DNA of 32,000 nucleotides from Demequinaceae bacterium (GTDB lineage Bacteria; Actinomycetota; Actinomycetes; Actinomycetales; Demequinaceae): NCBI GenBank assembly GCA_965250005.1, contig OZ252279.1, positions 900,001 to 932,000 of the forward strand, read 5' to 3'. Shown piece by piece: positions 24,095 to 32,000 of this stretch (position 1 is its first letter; each line of letters starts with the position of its first letter). The notes under the pieces were generated by a model. It saw only the letters and a program-made list of their open reading frames with translations, ran no database searches and was not told where the DNA came from. The position numbers and the translations under genes were made by a program.

Positions 24095-25176
24095 ACGCGC
24101 CGCGCCTTCATCGTCCCCTGGCCAAGAACCCGAGTCCCGTCGTAGACCACCAGCGACTGTCCCGCGGACACTCCGCGCATCGGCTCGTCTAGCTCAACTG
24201 TCATAAGGTCGCCCGCCACGGTGACGGACGCAGGCACCGGCACCCCGTGGGCGCGCACCTGCGCGTGGCAGCGCGTCGGCTCGGTGGCAGGCACGTCGTC
24301 CGCGAGCCAGACCACCTCGTCGCCCACGAGCGTGGGCACGGACAGCAGCGTCTCCGCGCCCACCGTCACCACGTTGGTCGAGGTGTTCACGTCAGTGACG
24401 TAGCGCGGCTGGCCGTCGGCCGCGGGCGTCCCAAGGTTCAGGCCCTTGCGCTGGCCCACCGTGAACGCGTACGCGCCGCCGTGCTCGCCCACAACGTCGC
24501 CGGTCTGGTCGACAATGTCTCCGGGCTCCTTGCCTAGCTTGCGCTGAAGGAAGCCCTGGGTGTCGCCGTCGGCCACAAAGCAGATGTCGTACGAGTCGGG
24601 CTTGTTGGAGACTCCCAGCCCGCGGGCGGCGGCCTCGGCGCGCACCTTGGTCTTGGACTCGATCGCGCCCAGCGGGAACATCGACTTGGACAGCCGCTCC
24701 TGCCCCATCACGGCGAGCACGTACGACTGGTCCTTGGCGCTGTCGGCCGCGCGGTGCAGCTCCCGCGTGCCATCCTCGCGGATCTCGATGCGGGCGTAAT
24801 GGCCGGTGGCGACCGCGTCGAACTCGAGCACGCGCGCGCGATCCAGCAGCGCCTCAAACTTGATGTGCTGGTTGCAGCGCACGCACGGGTTGGGGGTGCG
24901 ACCCTCGGCGTACTCGCTCAGGAAGTCCGCGACAACCGTCTGCTCGAATTCCTCCGACAGGTCCCACACGTAGTACGGAATGCCGAGGATGTCCGCAGCC
25001 CGGCGCGCGTCGTTCGAGTCTTCGATCGAGCAGCAACCGCGGGACCCCGAGCGGTACTCGTCGCGGTTTCGGCTGAGCGCCATGTGCACGCCCACCACGT
25101 CGTGTCCGGCGTCAACGGCACGCGCGGCAGCGACGGCGGAATCGACTCCGCCGGACAGGGCTGCTAGTACGCGCAT
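24091..25176 (-). CDS. mnmA: tRNA 2-thiouridine(34) synthase
   Basis: 361-aa ORF. PP-loop [12 protein letters not shown], conserved CCS and PNPCVRCN motifs. Confidence 0.93.
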
Positions 25177-25216
25177 CCGGCAATTGTAAGCAAAGCGAGC
25201 GGCGCGTAGAGCCGGT

Positions 25217-25816
25217 CTAGACCTTGCGGGGGGCTCCCCCGTCGACGACGACGTAGGTCCCCGTCTTGGCGGTCAACATGTCCATGGTGACGCGGGCCGC
25301 CGCCTCAACGTGCAGCGCGGGCCCACTTTTGGGTGCCGTCTCCGACCACGTGCCGGGGCCGTAGAACGAGCCGTATCGCAGCACCACTCCCTTGGCAGCG
25401 AGCACGCCAGCCTCGAGGTGATCGACAGCCTTCTGAGCGATCCCGGGAACCTTGAATGCGATGCTCTGCGTCACCATGCGCTTCACGCCTGCGGCTTTCG
25501 CGGCCGCGAGCAGGTTGTCGCCGCCCTCGACGCGCACCTTGTTGAGCGCGAGCAGTTTGGTCGGCAGAAGGATCGCCTTGCTTGGCAGATCGGTGACCTC
25601 GTTGACGATCACGTCGGGCTTGGCGCGCGCGACAGCCTCGACTACCGCGTCGGCGTCCAGGATGTCACATACAACTCCGGTGGCACCCAGTTTCTGGATC
25701 GCGGCCACTCGGTTCGGTGAGCGCGTGGTCCCCACAACGTCATACCCGGCTTCAACGAGAATCGGCAGCAACTGCCGTCCAATGGCGCCCGTGGCACCCG
25801 CGACAAATACCCTCAC
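25217..25816 (-). CDS. NAD(P)H-binding (atypical SDR / NmrA-like) protein
   Basis: 199-aa ORF with an N-terminal Rossmann motif, [16 protein letters not shown]. It lies between the cysteine desulfurase and mnmA with gaps of 6 and 40 nt. Confidence 0.7.
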   Translation of the reverse strand: MRVFVAGATGAIGRQLLPILVEAGYDVVGTTRSPNRVAAIQKLGATGVVCDILDADAVVEAVARAKPDVIVNEVTDLPSKAILLPTKLLALNKVRVEGGDNLLAAAKAAGVKRMVTQSIAFKVPGIAQKAVDHLEAGVLAAKGVVLRYGSFYGPGTWSETAPKSGPALHVEAAARVTMDMLTAKTGTYVVVDGGAPRKV

Positions 25817-25822
25817 GCGCGG

Positions 25823-27025
25823 TTAGCCGAACACTTCGGCGTCGAAGTTGCCTGCGACGCGCTTCGCCTTCTCGACTGCCTCCGGCAGGTATTTCATGAG
25901 CACGTTGATGTCTTCACGGGTGGTGGTGTGACCCATGGAGAAGCGCATGGTCGACGCCGCGTCCGTCTTGGATCGGCCCATCGCGAGCAGCACGTGGCTG
26001 GCCTGCGCGATGCCCGCGTTGCACGCGGAACCATTGGAGGCCTCGACGCCGTGGGAGTCGAGCACGAACATCATGGCCTCGGCCGCGCAGCCGGGGAAGA
26101 CAAAGTGCACGTTGCCGGGAAGCCGACCCTCACCTGGCTCCGGACCTGAGAGCACCGCATCAGGGAACTGTTCCCGGATGCGCGCCACCAGGTCCACCTG
26201 CAGCGCGCGGAGGCGCACCGCCTCAGAATCGAGAACCGCGATGGACTCCTCCGCGGCTATGGAGGCGGCGTGGAATCCCGCAGCGTTCAGCGTGCCCGAA
26301 CGCACCTTGCGCTCCTGGCCGCCGCCGTGAGTGAGCGGCGTGATGGTGAGGTCGCGACGCGCCACCAGCACGCCCACGCCCACCGGACCGCCAAACTTGT
26401 GGGCAGAAACCGCCATGGTCGCCAGCCCCGACGTCTTGAAATCGACCGGGACGTGTCCTATGGCCTGCACCGCATCGGCGTGAACCGGGATGCGGTGCTC
26501 TGCGGCGATGTTGACAATCTCAGCGATGGGCTGGATCGCGCCCACCTCGTTGTTGGCCCACATCACGGAGATCACGGCGATCTCGTCAAAGTGGTTGGCG
26601 ACCTCCCTGCGGAGCACATCGAGGTCCACGATCCCGTCACTGTCGACGGGCAGGACGACGGCTGTCGCGCCATGCTCTTTCTGAAGCCACTCGGCGGGGT
26701 CGATGCCAGCGTGGTGCTCGATTCCGGTCACGATCACGCGCGTGCGCTGCGGGTCCGCCGTGTGCCTCGCCCAGTAAAGGCCCTTAAGGGCGATGTTGTC
26801 CGCCTCGGTGCCGCCAGACATCCAGATGATCTCGGTGGGGTGCGCGCCCAGTGCCTTGGCCATCCGCTCGCGTGCATCCTCAACAACGGCGCGCGCCAGG
26901 CGGCCGGACTTGTGGAGCGCACTCGGGTTGCCCACGCGCGCGAGCTCGTCGGCGTACGCCATTCGCGCCTTCTCCAGCATGGGAGTGGTCGCGGCGTGGT
27001 CGAAGTAATGGATAGTCACGCGCAC
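25823..27025 (-). CDS. iscS: Cysteine desulfurase (IscS/NifS class V aminotransferase)
   Basis: 400-aa ORF. YFDHAATTP, PLP lysine in SAHKFGGPVGVG, catalytic Cys in NGSACNAG. The start is GTG 27025 or GTG 27019. Confidence 0.9.
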   Translation of the reverse strand: MRVTIHYFDHAATTPMLEKARMAYADELARVGNPSALHKSGRLARAVVEDARERMAKALGAHPTEIIWMSGGTEADNIALKGLYWARHTADPQRTRVIVTGIEHHAGIDPAEWLQKEHGATAVVLPVDSDGIVDLDVLRREVANHFDEIAVISVMWANNEVGAIQPIAEIVNIAAEHRIPVHADAVQAIGHVPVDFKTSGLATMAVSAHKFGGPVGVGVLVARRDLTITPLTHGGGQERKVRSGTLNAAGFHAASIAAEESIAVLDSEAVRLRALQVDLVARIREQFPDAVLSGPEPGEGRLPGNVHFVFPGCAAEAMMFVLDSHGVEASNGSACNAGIAQASHVLLAMGRSKTDAASTMRFSMGHTTTREDINVLMKYLPEAVEKAKRVAGNFDAEVFG

Positions 27026-27148
27026 GATTGTACGAGAGGATGCCCTAGACGCATAGTCGAGCGCGAACCTGAGGGATTGCTGGGAACATCAGCGGCGGAT
27101 CGACTGTTCAAAATGTGGGAAGACAAGCCGAACGCGGGACGGGTCACA

Positions 27149-27964
27149 ATGAAGTTGAGCAAACTGCTGGTCGCTGTGCCGATTGCGGGCATCCTGGCGG
27201 GAATCGGCATGGGTATTTCTGCTGCCTCCAACGGTGCGTTTTCGGACCTCTTGGGAGCGCCTGAATCGAGCGTCGACGAATCCACGCTCACCGCCACTCC
27301 CGCAGCCGAGCCACCTTCGGGCGCCCCGCTTGATGAGACCATCCTCGCGGTGTACGACGGCGGCGCGCTCGCAGCCATCGCTGCCCAGCGTGAGGCCGAC
27401 GCCGCAGCGCAGGCCGCCGCCGACGCCGCTGCCGTGGAAGCCGCCGCAGCCGAGGCCGAGGCAACTGCAAACGCCAACTCCACGAAGAAGGCTGCGCCCG
27501 CTGACTCAGGTGCATCCACCGGCGAATCGACCCCCGACCAGCCTGCGAGCACATGGCAACCGTGGGAAACCTATGAGTACGCGGTTGGAGACACCGGCGG
27601 ATTCTGTGCCGGGCTCAACTCACTTCGCGCGAGCGTGGGATCGTCGGCACTCGCTTCGTGCGGCCAGGGAAGCGCCGTGATGGGTCACGCGTACAACATG
27701 GCCGTCGCGCAAACCATCTGGCACGACGCCAGCCGCGCGACGCGGCCCGAGGTGGTCGGCTATTCGTGGACGCTCCAGCGCATCATCGACGGCCCCAACG
27801 GGTTCATCAACTCGCCCGGGCACATGGCCGTGATCACCGACGGCGGCGCCGGCACCTCTGCGAGCGTGGGCTGCTACAACAGCGTGCGCACGTCGCAGAA
27901 GACTGAGGGCGGCGCGCTCAGCAAGCAGGTCTACATCTTCTGCGTGGCGCGCTTCACGTACTAG
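27149..27964 (+). CDS. Secreted CAP/SCP (PR-1-like) domain protein with an Ala-rich linker
   Basis: ATG 27149 gives a signal/anchor, MKLSKLLVAVPIAGILAGIGMGISAAS. An Ala/Glu-rich low-complexity region follows. The C-terminal domain has LNSLRASVG...MGHAYNMA...FINSPGHMAVI...VGCY. The upstream 293 codons of track ORF 26270..27964 are antisense to iscS and are rejected. Confidence 0.55.
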   Translation: MKLSKLLVAVPIAGILAGIGMGISAASNGAFSDLLGAPESSVDESTLTATPAAEPPSGAPLDETILAVYDGGALAAIAAQREADAAAQAAADAAAVEAAAAEAEATANANSTKKAAPADSGASTGESTPDQPASTWQPWETYEYAVGDTGGFCAGLNSLRASVGSSALASCGQGSAVMGHAYNMAVAQTIWHDASRATRPEVVGYSWTLQRIIDGPNGFINSPGHMAVITDGGAGTSASVGCYNSVRTSQKTEGGALSKQVYIFCVARFTY

Positions 27965-27982
27965 CCACGTCGCATTTCCCAA

Positions 27983-28000
27983 CGTACAGAATCCTGTACA
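27983..28000. promoter_or_regulatory. Candidate YefM-YoeB operator: two (T/C)GTACA hexamers with 12-bp centre-to-centre spacing
   Basis: CGTACAgaatccTGTACA. The inner part also forms GTACAG-aatc-CTGTAC. It sits 18-35 nt upstream of the yefM ATG. TAGACT (28005-28010) is a -10 candidate only 7 nt from the ATG, and no SD is visible. Confidence 0.5.
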
Positions 28001-28017
28001 ACTGCTAGACTGGCCAC

Positions 28018-28278
28018 ATGAAGACCATCAGCTTCTCTGAGTCGCGCGCCAACTACGCCGCGACCCTCGATGCGGTGACAAACGACCGCGAAGAAGTGGT
28101 GGTCACGCGTTCCGGCAAACCCCCGGTAGTGATCATGGCCCTGGACGACTACGAGTCGATGGTGGAGACGGCGTTCCTCATGAACATCCCGGCGAACGCT
28201 CAACGCTTGCTCGAGTCGATCGCTGAACTGCGAACGGGCGGGGCGACGGAGCGCGAGTTGATCGATCCGTCCGGCTAG
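28018..28278 (+). CDS. yefM: Type II antitoxin, Phd/YefM family
   Basis: 86 aa: MKTISFSESRANYAATLDAVTNDREEVVVTRSGKPPVVIMALDDYESMVETAFL. Confidence 0.9.
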   Translation: MKTISFSESRANYAATLDAVTNDREEVVVTRSGKPPVVIMALDDYESMVETAFLMNIPANAQRLLESIAELRTGGATERELIDPSG

Positions 28279-28283
28279 GTCGC

Positions 28284-28544
28284 GTGAGAATCATCTTCAC
28301 CTCGCACGCCTGGGACGACTATCTCTATTGGCTCCGCGAGGACCGCAAGACGCTAGGGCGCATCAACGCCTTGATCGCCGACGTGATGCGCAACGGCCAC
28401 GAGGGAATCGGTAAACCTGAAGCTTTGCGTCACGACCTCGCGGGCTTCTGGTCGCGCCGAATCGACCAGCGTCACCGGCTCGTGTATCGAGTTGAAGCCA
28501 ACGCGGTCGAGATCGTCGCCTGTCGATACCACTACGAGCAGTGA
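28284..28544 (+). CDS. yoeB: Type II toxin, Txe/YoeB family mRNA interferase
   Basis: 86 aa with a GTG start, 5 nt after the yefM stop. FTSHAWDDYLYW...GIGKPEALRHDLAGFWSRRIDQRHRLVYRV...IVACRYHY. Confidence 0.9.
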   Translation: MRIIFTSHAWDDYLYWLREDRKTLGRINALIADVMRNGHEGIGKPEALRHDLAGFWSRRIDQRHRLVYRVEANAVEIVACRYHYEQ

Positions 28545-28558
28545 CGGCCCGCTCGCGT

Positions 28559-29512
28559 TTACGCCCCGCGGTGCTTCTTGATTGCCGCGATTGCCTGCGG
28601 CAGCACTGACGCGAGGTCGCCCACCACTCCAAAGTCAGAGATCTCGAAGATAGGCGCGTCCGGGTCGGTGTTCACGGTCACGATAGTCCCTGAGGCTTGC
28701 ATGCCGCCGCGGTGGTGGATCGCACCCGAGATGCCGCACGCAATGTAGAGCGCTGGCGTCACCGTGGTGCCAGTCTGGCCGACCATGTGCTCGTGGCTGA
28801 TCCAGCCCTCGTCGGTCGCGTCGCGGGATGCGCCGACGGCGCCGCCCAGCAGTTCGGCCAGTCCGCGCACGTGCTCGTAGTTGCCGTCTGTGCCGCGGCC
28901 TCCGGACACCACGACGGGCGCCTCGGCTAGAGGGACACCGTCCAGCTCCACGGGCTCGCTATGCGTCACGGTCTCGAGAGTGTCGGGAAGCGTGGCCTCG
29001 ATCACCACGACGGTCGCGGCGCCAGCGGCGTCCGCGGGAGTGGCCTGCGTGGTGTTCGGGCGAATGCCCACGATCGCCTTTTCCGTGGTGATGCGCGTGC
29101 GCACGTTCCACGTCGCGGCAAACACAGTCTGCATGGCCTCGACGTGACCGTCGACCAGCTCGGCCCCGGCAGCGTCCACAACGATGCCCGCACCCGTGGA
29201 CATCGCGAGACGTGCGGTGATCTCCTTGTTCAGGAACGTCGAAATCACCACAAGCACGTCAGCATCCGTCATCGCGGCCTCAACCGCAGCGGCGGCCTTG
29301 GCGGGCTGAGCGACAGCGGCGCCGATCGAAGCAAACCGCACCTCCGCCGCGCCGTACTCGCCCAACTGAGCCACAGCATCGTCGCCGGGCGCGTCGCCCA
29401 GCCACACAGCCACGGGGGTGCCGAGCGAGCGCGCGAGCGTGAGGGCCTCGAGTGACGGGCGGCTCACGGCGCCGCCGCGGTGCTCGATCAATACTGCGAC
29501 GTTGGCGCTCAT
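28559..29512 (-). CDS. etfA: Electron transfer flavoprotein subunit alpha
   Basis: 317-aa ORF. C-terminal FAD-binding signature PALYIACGISGAIHHRGGMQASGTIVTVNTDPDAPIF. Confidence 0.92.
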   Translation of the reverse strand: MSANVAVLIEHRGGAVSRPSLEALTLARSLGTPVAVWLGDAPGDDAVAQLGEYGAAEVRFASIGAAVAQPAKAAAAVEAAMTDADVLVVISTFLNKEITARLAMSTGAGIVVDAAGAELVDGHVEAMQTVFAATWNVRTRITTEKAIVGIRPNTTQATPADAAGAATVVVIEATLPDTLETVTHSEPVELDGVPLAEAPVVVSGGRGTDGNYEHVRGLAELLGGAVGASRDATDEGWISHEHMVGQTGTTVTPALYIACGISGAIHHRGGMQASGTIVTVNTDPDAPIFEISDFGVVGDLASVLPQAIAAIKKHRGA

Positions 29513-30303
29513 GCGAGCCCCCTCTCGATGAGGAAGGCCGCAAGCCTCTCGCCACCGTCACCTGCGTCCTGGATAATTTCGCGGTTCTCGCGGGGCGGGC
29601 GCGGCGAGGCGTCAAGCACGGTGGTGCGCGCGCCAGCGGCTCCAACGGACGCAGCGTCCAGGCCCAGATCAGCCGCCGACCACGTGGTGACCTCGGCCGT
29701 GCGCGCGGCCATGATCATCTTGAAGTTGGGGTAGCGCGGCTTGTTGAGTTCGTCCGTGACGGACACGACCGCGGGTAGGGCGGCCTCGACGGTCTCGCGG
29801 GCGTCGGGCAGGTGCCGCTCGATGGTGACGGTGCCGCCGTCGACCTTGAGCGCGGACGCGAGCGTGAGCTGAGCCCACCCCAACTCGACCGCGAGCGCCG
29901 TGGGCAGCAGCGACGTGAGGCCATCCAGCGCGGCCATGCCGGTGATGACCATGTCCACGGGTCGGTCAGCGTGCACCTTGTTCACCGCGGCCGCGATCGC
30001 GCGGGCCGTTCCGAACACGTCAGAGCCAGCGAGTGCATCGTCACTCACATGGACGGCGTGCTGAACGCCAAGCTGCAGCGCCTTGCGCACCGCGGCAACG
30101 GCATCGGCACCGCCGACGGTCAGCGCGGTGACCTCGCCTCCTCCCTCGCCTGGGGCTTCGACTATCTGGAGTGCGGCCTCGACGGCGTTCTCATCCAGTT
30201 CGTTCATGGAGCCGTCGTCCGCCGTGCGGGTGACGCGACCGTCCGTGAAGGACCGCTGGGACTGCAGGTCGGGCACGAATTTGACGCAAACGAGAATGTG
30301 CAT
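29509..30303 (-). CDS. etfB: Electron transfer flavoprotein subunit beta
   Basis: 264-aa ORF: MHILVCVKFVPD... The stop overlaps the etfA start (ATGA type, 29509-29512). Confidence 0.92.
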   Translation of the reverse strand: MHILVCVKFVPDLQSQRSFTDGRVTRTADDGSMNELDENAVEAALQIVEAPGEGGGEVTALTVGGADAVAAVRKALQLGVQHAVHVSDDALAGSDVFGTARAIAAAVNKVHADRPVDMVITGMAALDGLTSLLPTALAVELGWAQLTLASALKVDGGTVTIERHLPDARETVEAALPAVVSVTDELNKPRYPNFKMIMAARTAEVTTWSAADLGLDAASVGAAGARTTVLDASPRPPRENREIIQDAGDGGERLAAFLIERGLA

Positions 30304-30374
30304 GGCGTAACTCTACCGAGCCGTGGCGGCCTCCCCGCGCGCCCGGGACAATCGGGCCGCACCCATCCGGCACA

Positions 30375-32000
30375 ATGGACGCCGTGACTACCGTTCCCTC
30401 TCCAGACCCGTTCCGGCTTGGATTTCACCTCGCCGACGGAGGAGCCACGATCGCCATCTACGCGCCATACGCTAATGGCCTCGAACTGTGCCTGTTTGAC
30501 GACGCGGGCGCAGAGACCCGCGTCAGCCTCGCCGGTCCCACGGCTGGCATCTGGCATGCATTCGTCCCGGACGTCATGGCCGGCCAACTGTACGGCCTGC
30601 GCGCGAGCGGCGAATGGGATCCCGCCGAGGGTCACCTTTTCAATCCGTCGAAACTGTTGCTCGACCCCTACGCGCGCGGCATCGAGGGAACGCTCGCCGG
30701 CGAGTTGGACGACGGCTTTGAAGCGTTCCTGAGCCGGGACGACACCGCGGACTCCGCGCACGTAGTCCCGCGCGGCGTCCTGCTCGCGGATCCCGACCGC
30801 GGCCTCGTCGCCCCCCGGCCGCGGGTGGCGTGGGAAGACACCGTCATCTACGAGGCGCACGTGCGCGGCCTCACCATGAATCTCCCGGACGTGCCTGAGG
30901 ATATCCGCGGCACGTACGCGGCGCTCGGCCACGCCTCGACCATCGCGCATCTGACCGAACTGGGCGCTACCAGCCTGGAGTTGTTGCCTATCCACACCAG
31001 CGGCGACGAGCCTCACCTGGAACGCCTGGGCCTCACCAACTACTGGGGCTACAGCACGCTCGGCTTTTTCGCGCCGCACGCGGCCTACGCGTCGCAAGCC
31101 GCCCAGGAATCCGGCGCCCAGGGGGTCCTTGACGAACTGCGCGCGGCCGTTGACGCGCTTCACCGCGCGGGCATCGAGGTTCTGCTCGACGTTGTCTACA
31201 ACCACACCGCCGAGGGCGGCGAGGGAGGGCGTCACATCTCGTGGCGGGGACTGGCCAACCGCAGTTACTACCGACACGCGCCCGGCTCCCCCGGCACGCT
31301 CGATGACACGACAGGGACCGGGAACACGCTCGACTTCGGTCAGCCGCGCGTGGTCCAGATGGCGCTCGACTCGCTTCGCTATTGGATAGACGACGTGGGG
31401 GTGGACGGCTTCCGGTTCGACCTCGCCGCCACGCTCGGACGCAACGGCAACGGCTTCGACACCCAACATCCGTTCCTGGTCGCGCTCACTACTGATCCCA
31501 CGCTGTCGTCCACCAAGCTGATTGCGGAACCGTGGGACACGGGCGTAGGCGGCTGGCAGACGGGCAACTTTCCCGAGCCCATGGCGGAGTGGAATGACCG
31601 CTTCCGCGATCACTTGCGTTCCTTCTGGCTCACCGACGCGCGCCGCCTGATCGCACACAAGCCCGCCCGCGGTGTCCGCGAACTCGCCACGCGCCTGGCT
31701 GGCTCCTCCGATCTCTTTGGTGACGGCCACCCGCCGCTCGCGCGCGGCCCGATCGCGTCCATCAACTTCGTCACGTCTCACGACGGCTTCACACTGCACG
31801 ACCTCACAGCGTTTGACGGCAAGCACAACGAGGACAACGGCGAGGGCAACAGGGACGGCACGGACAACAACAACTCGTGGAACCACGGCGTCGAGGGAGA
31901 ATCGGACGACCCGGCCGTCCGCTCAGCCCGCGAACGCTCGTCGCGGAACCTTCTCGGCAGCCTCATCCTCGCCGCAGGCATCCCCATGATTACTGCCGGC
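30375..32000 (+). CDS. glgX: Glycogen debranching enzyme (GH13), 3-prime end outside the window
   Basis: Not in the ORF track because there is no stop in the window. My translation from ATG 30375 is MDAVTTVPSPDPFRLGFHLADGGATIAIYAPYANGLELCLFDD... The frame stays open to base 32000. It carries the GH13/GlgX motifs YWGYSTLGFFAPH, GIEVLLDVVYNHTAEG, VDGFRFDLA, EPWD and GIPMITAG. Confidence 0.9.
   Translation, partial: MDAVTTVPSPDPFRLGFHLADGGATIAIYAPYANGLELCLFDDAGAETRVSLAGPTAGIWHAFVPDVMAGQLYGLRASGEWDPAEGHLFNPSKLLLDPYARGIEGTLAGELDDGFEAFLSRDDTADSAHVVPRGVLLADPDRGLVAPRPRVAWEDTVIYEAHVRGLTMNLPDVPEDIRGTYAALGHASTIAHLTELGATSLELLPIHTSGDEPHLERLGLTNYWGYSTLGFFAPHAAYASQAAQESGAQGVLDELRAAVDALHRAGIEVLLDVVYNHTAEGGEGGRHISWRGLANRSYYRHAPGSPGTLDDTTGTGNTLDFGQPRVVQMALDSLRYWIDDVGVDGFRFDLAATLGRNGNGFDTQHPFLVALTTDPTLSSTKLIAEPWDTGVGGWQTGNFPEPMAEWNDRFRDHLRSFWLTDARRLIAHKPARGVRELATRLAGSSDLFGDGHPPLARGPIASINFVTSHDGFTLHDLTAFDGKHNEDNGEGNRDGTDNNNSWNHGVEGESDDPAVRSARERSSRNLLGSLILAAGIPMITAG

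Noticed and set aside
26270-27148. N-terminal 293 codons of track ORF 26270..27964
   Set aside because: This part is antisense to the well-supported cysteine desulfurase gene and reads as Arg/His/Gly-rich noise. A signal peptide begins at ATG 27149, which I take as the true start of the CAP-domain gene.
30204-31886. 560-aa minus-strand ORF, one of the longest in the track
   Set aside because: It lies entirely antisense to a plus-strand frame that carries unmistakable GlgX/GH13 motifs (YWGYSTLGFFAPH, VVYNHTAEG, VDGFRFDLA, EPWD). Its own translation is Arg/Ala/Val-rich low-information sequence. This is a typical high-GC shadow ORF.

Overview
High-GC (about two-thirds G+C by eye) actinobacterial-type chromosomal DNA. 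I saw no rRNA, tRNA or CRISPR. The right half (17.9-32 kb) is a housekeeping block on a conserved backbone: ligA, mnmA, an IscS-like cysteine desulfurase, etfBA and glgX. Small accessory genes sit between these: a PLDc_N micro-protein with an ABC-2 exporter, a DUF2157-like membrane protein, an ArsR remnant fused to an SRPBCC gene, a cupin, a secreted CAP-domain protein and a yefM-yoeB toxin-antitoxin pair. The left half is accessory. It holds a partial GNAT gene and a PAS-GGDEF-EAL c-di-GMP enzyme. It also holds a divergent five-gene cluster (D-aminoacylase-like deacylase, KDPG aldolase, PLP deaminase, KDG kinase, RidA) that reads as an amino-sugar-acid (D-glucosaminate / N-acetyl-glucosaminate type) catabolic route. 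Next come an intact IS3-family element abutting a fragment of a second IS3 element, and the dominant feature: an 8.3-kb gene for a Sec-signal YD-repeat/RHS polymorphic toxin. Downstream of its RHS-core boundary motif, this protein carries an unusually long (about 450 aa) multi-part C-terminal region, followed by a small putative immunity gene. The RHS locus is the best candidate for new biology: composite C-terminal toxin, degenerate amidase-like N-terminal domain, internal 756-bp super-repeats and IS-scarred downstream flank. Many long ORFs in the six-frame track are antisense or alternative-frame shadows typical of high-GC DNA and were rejected.
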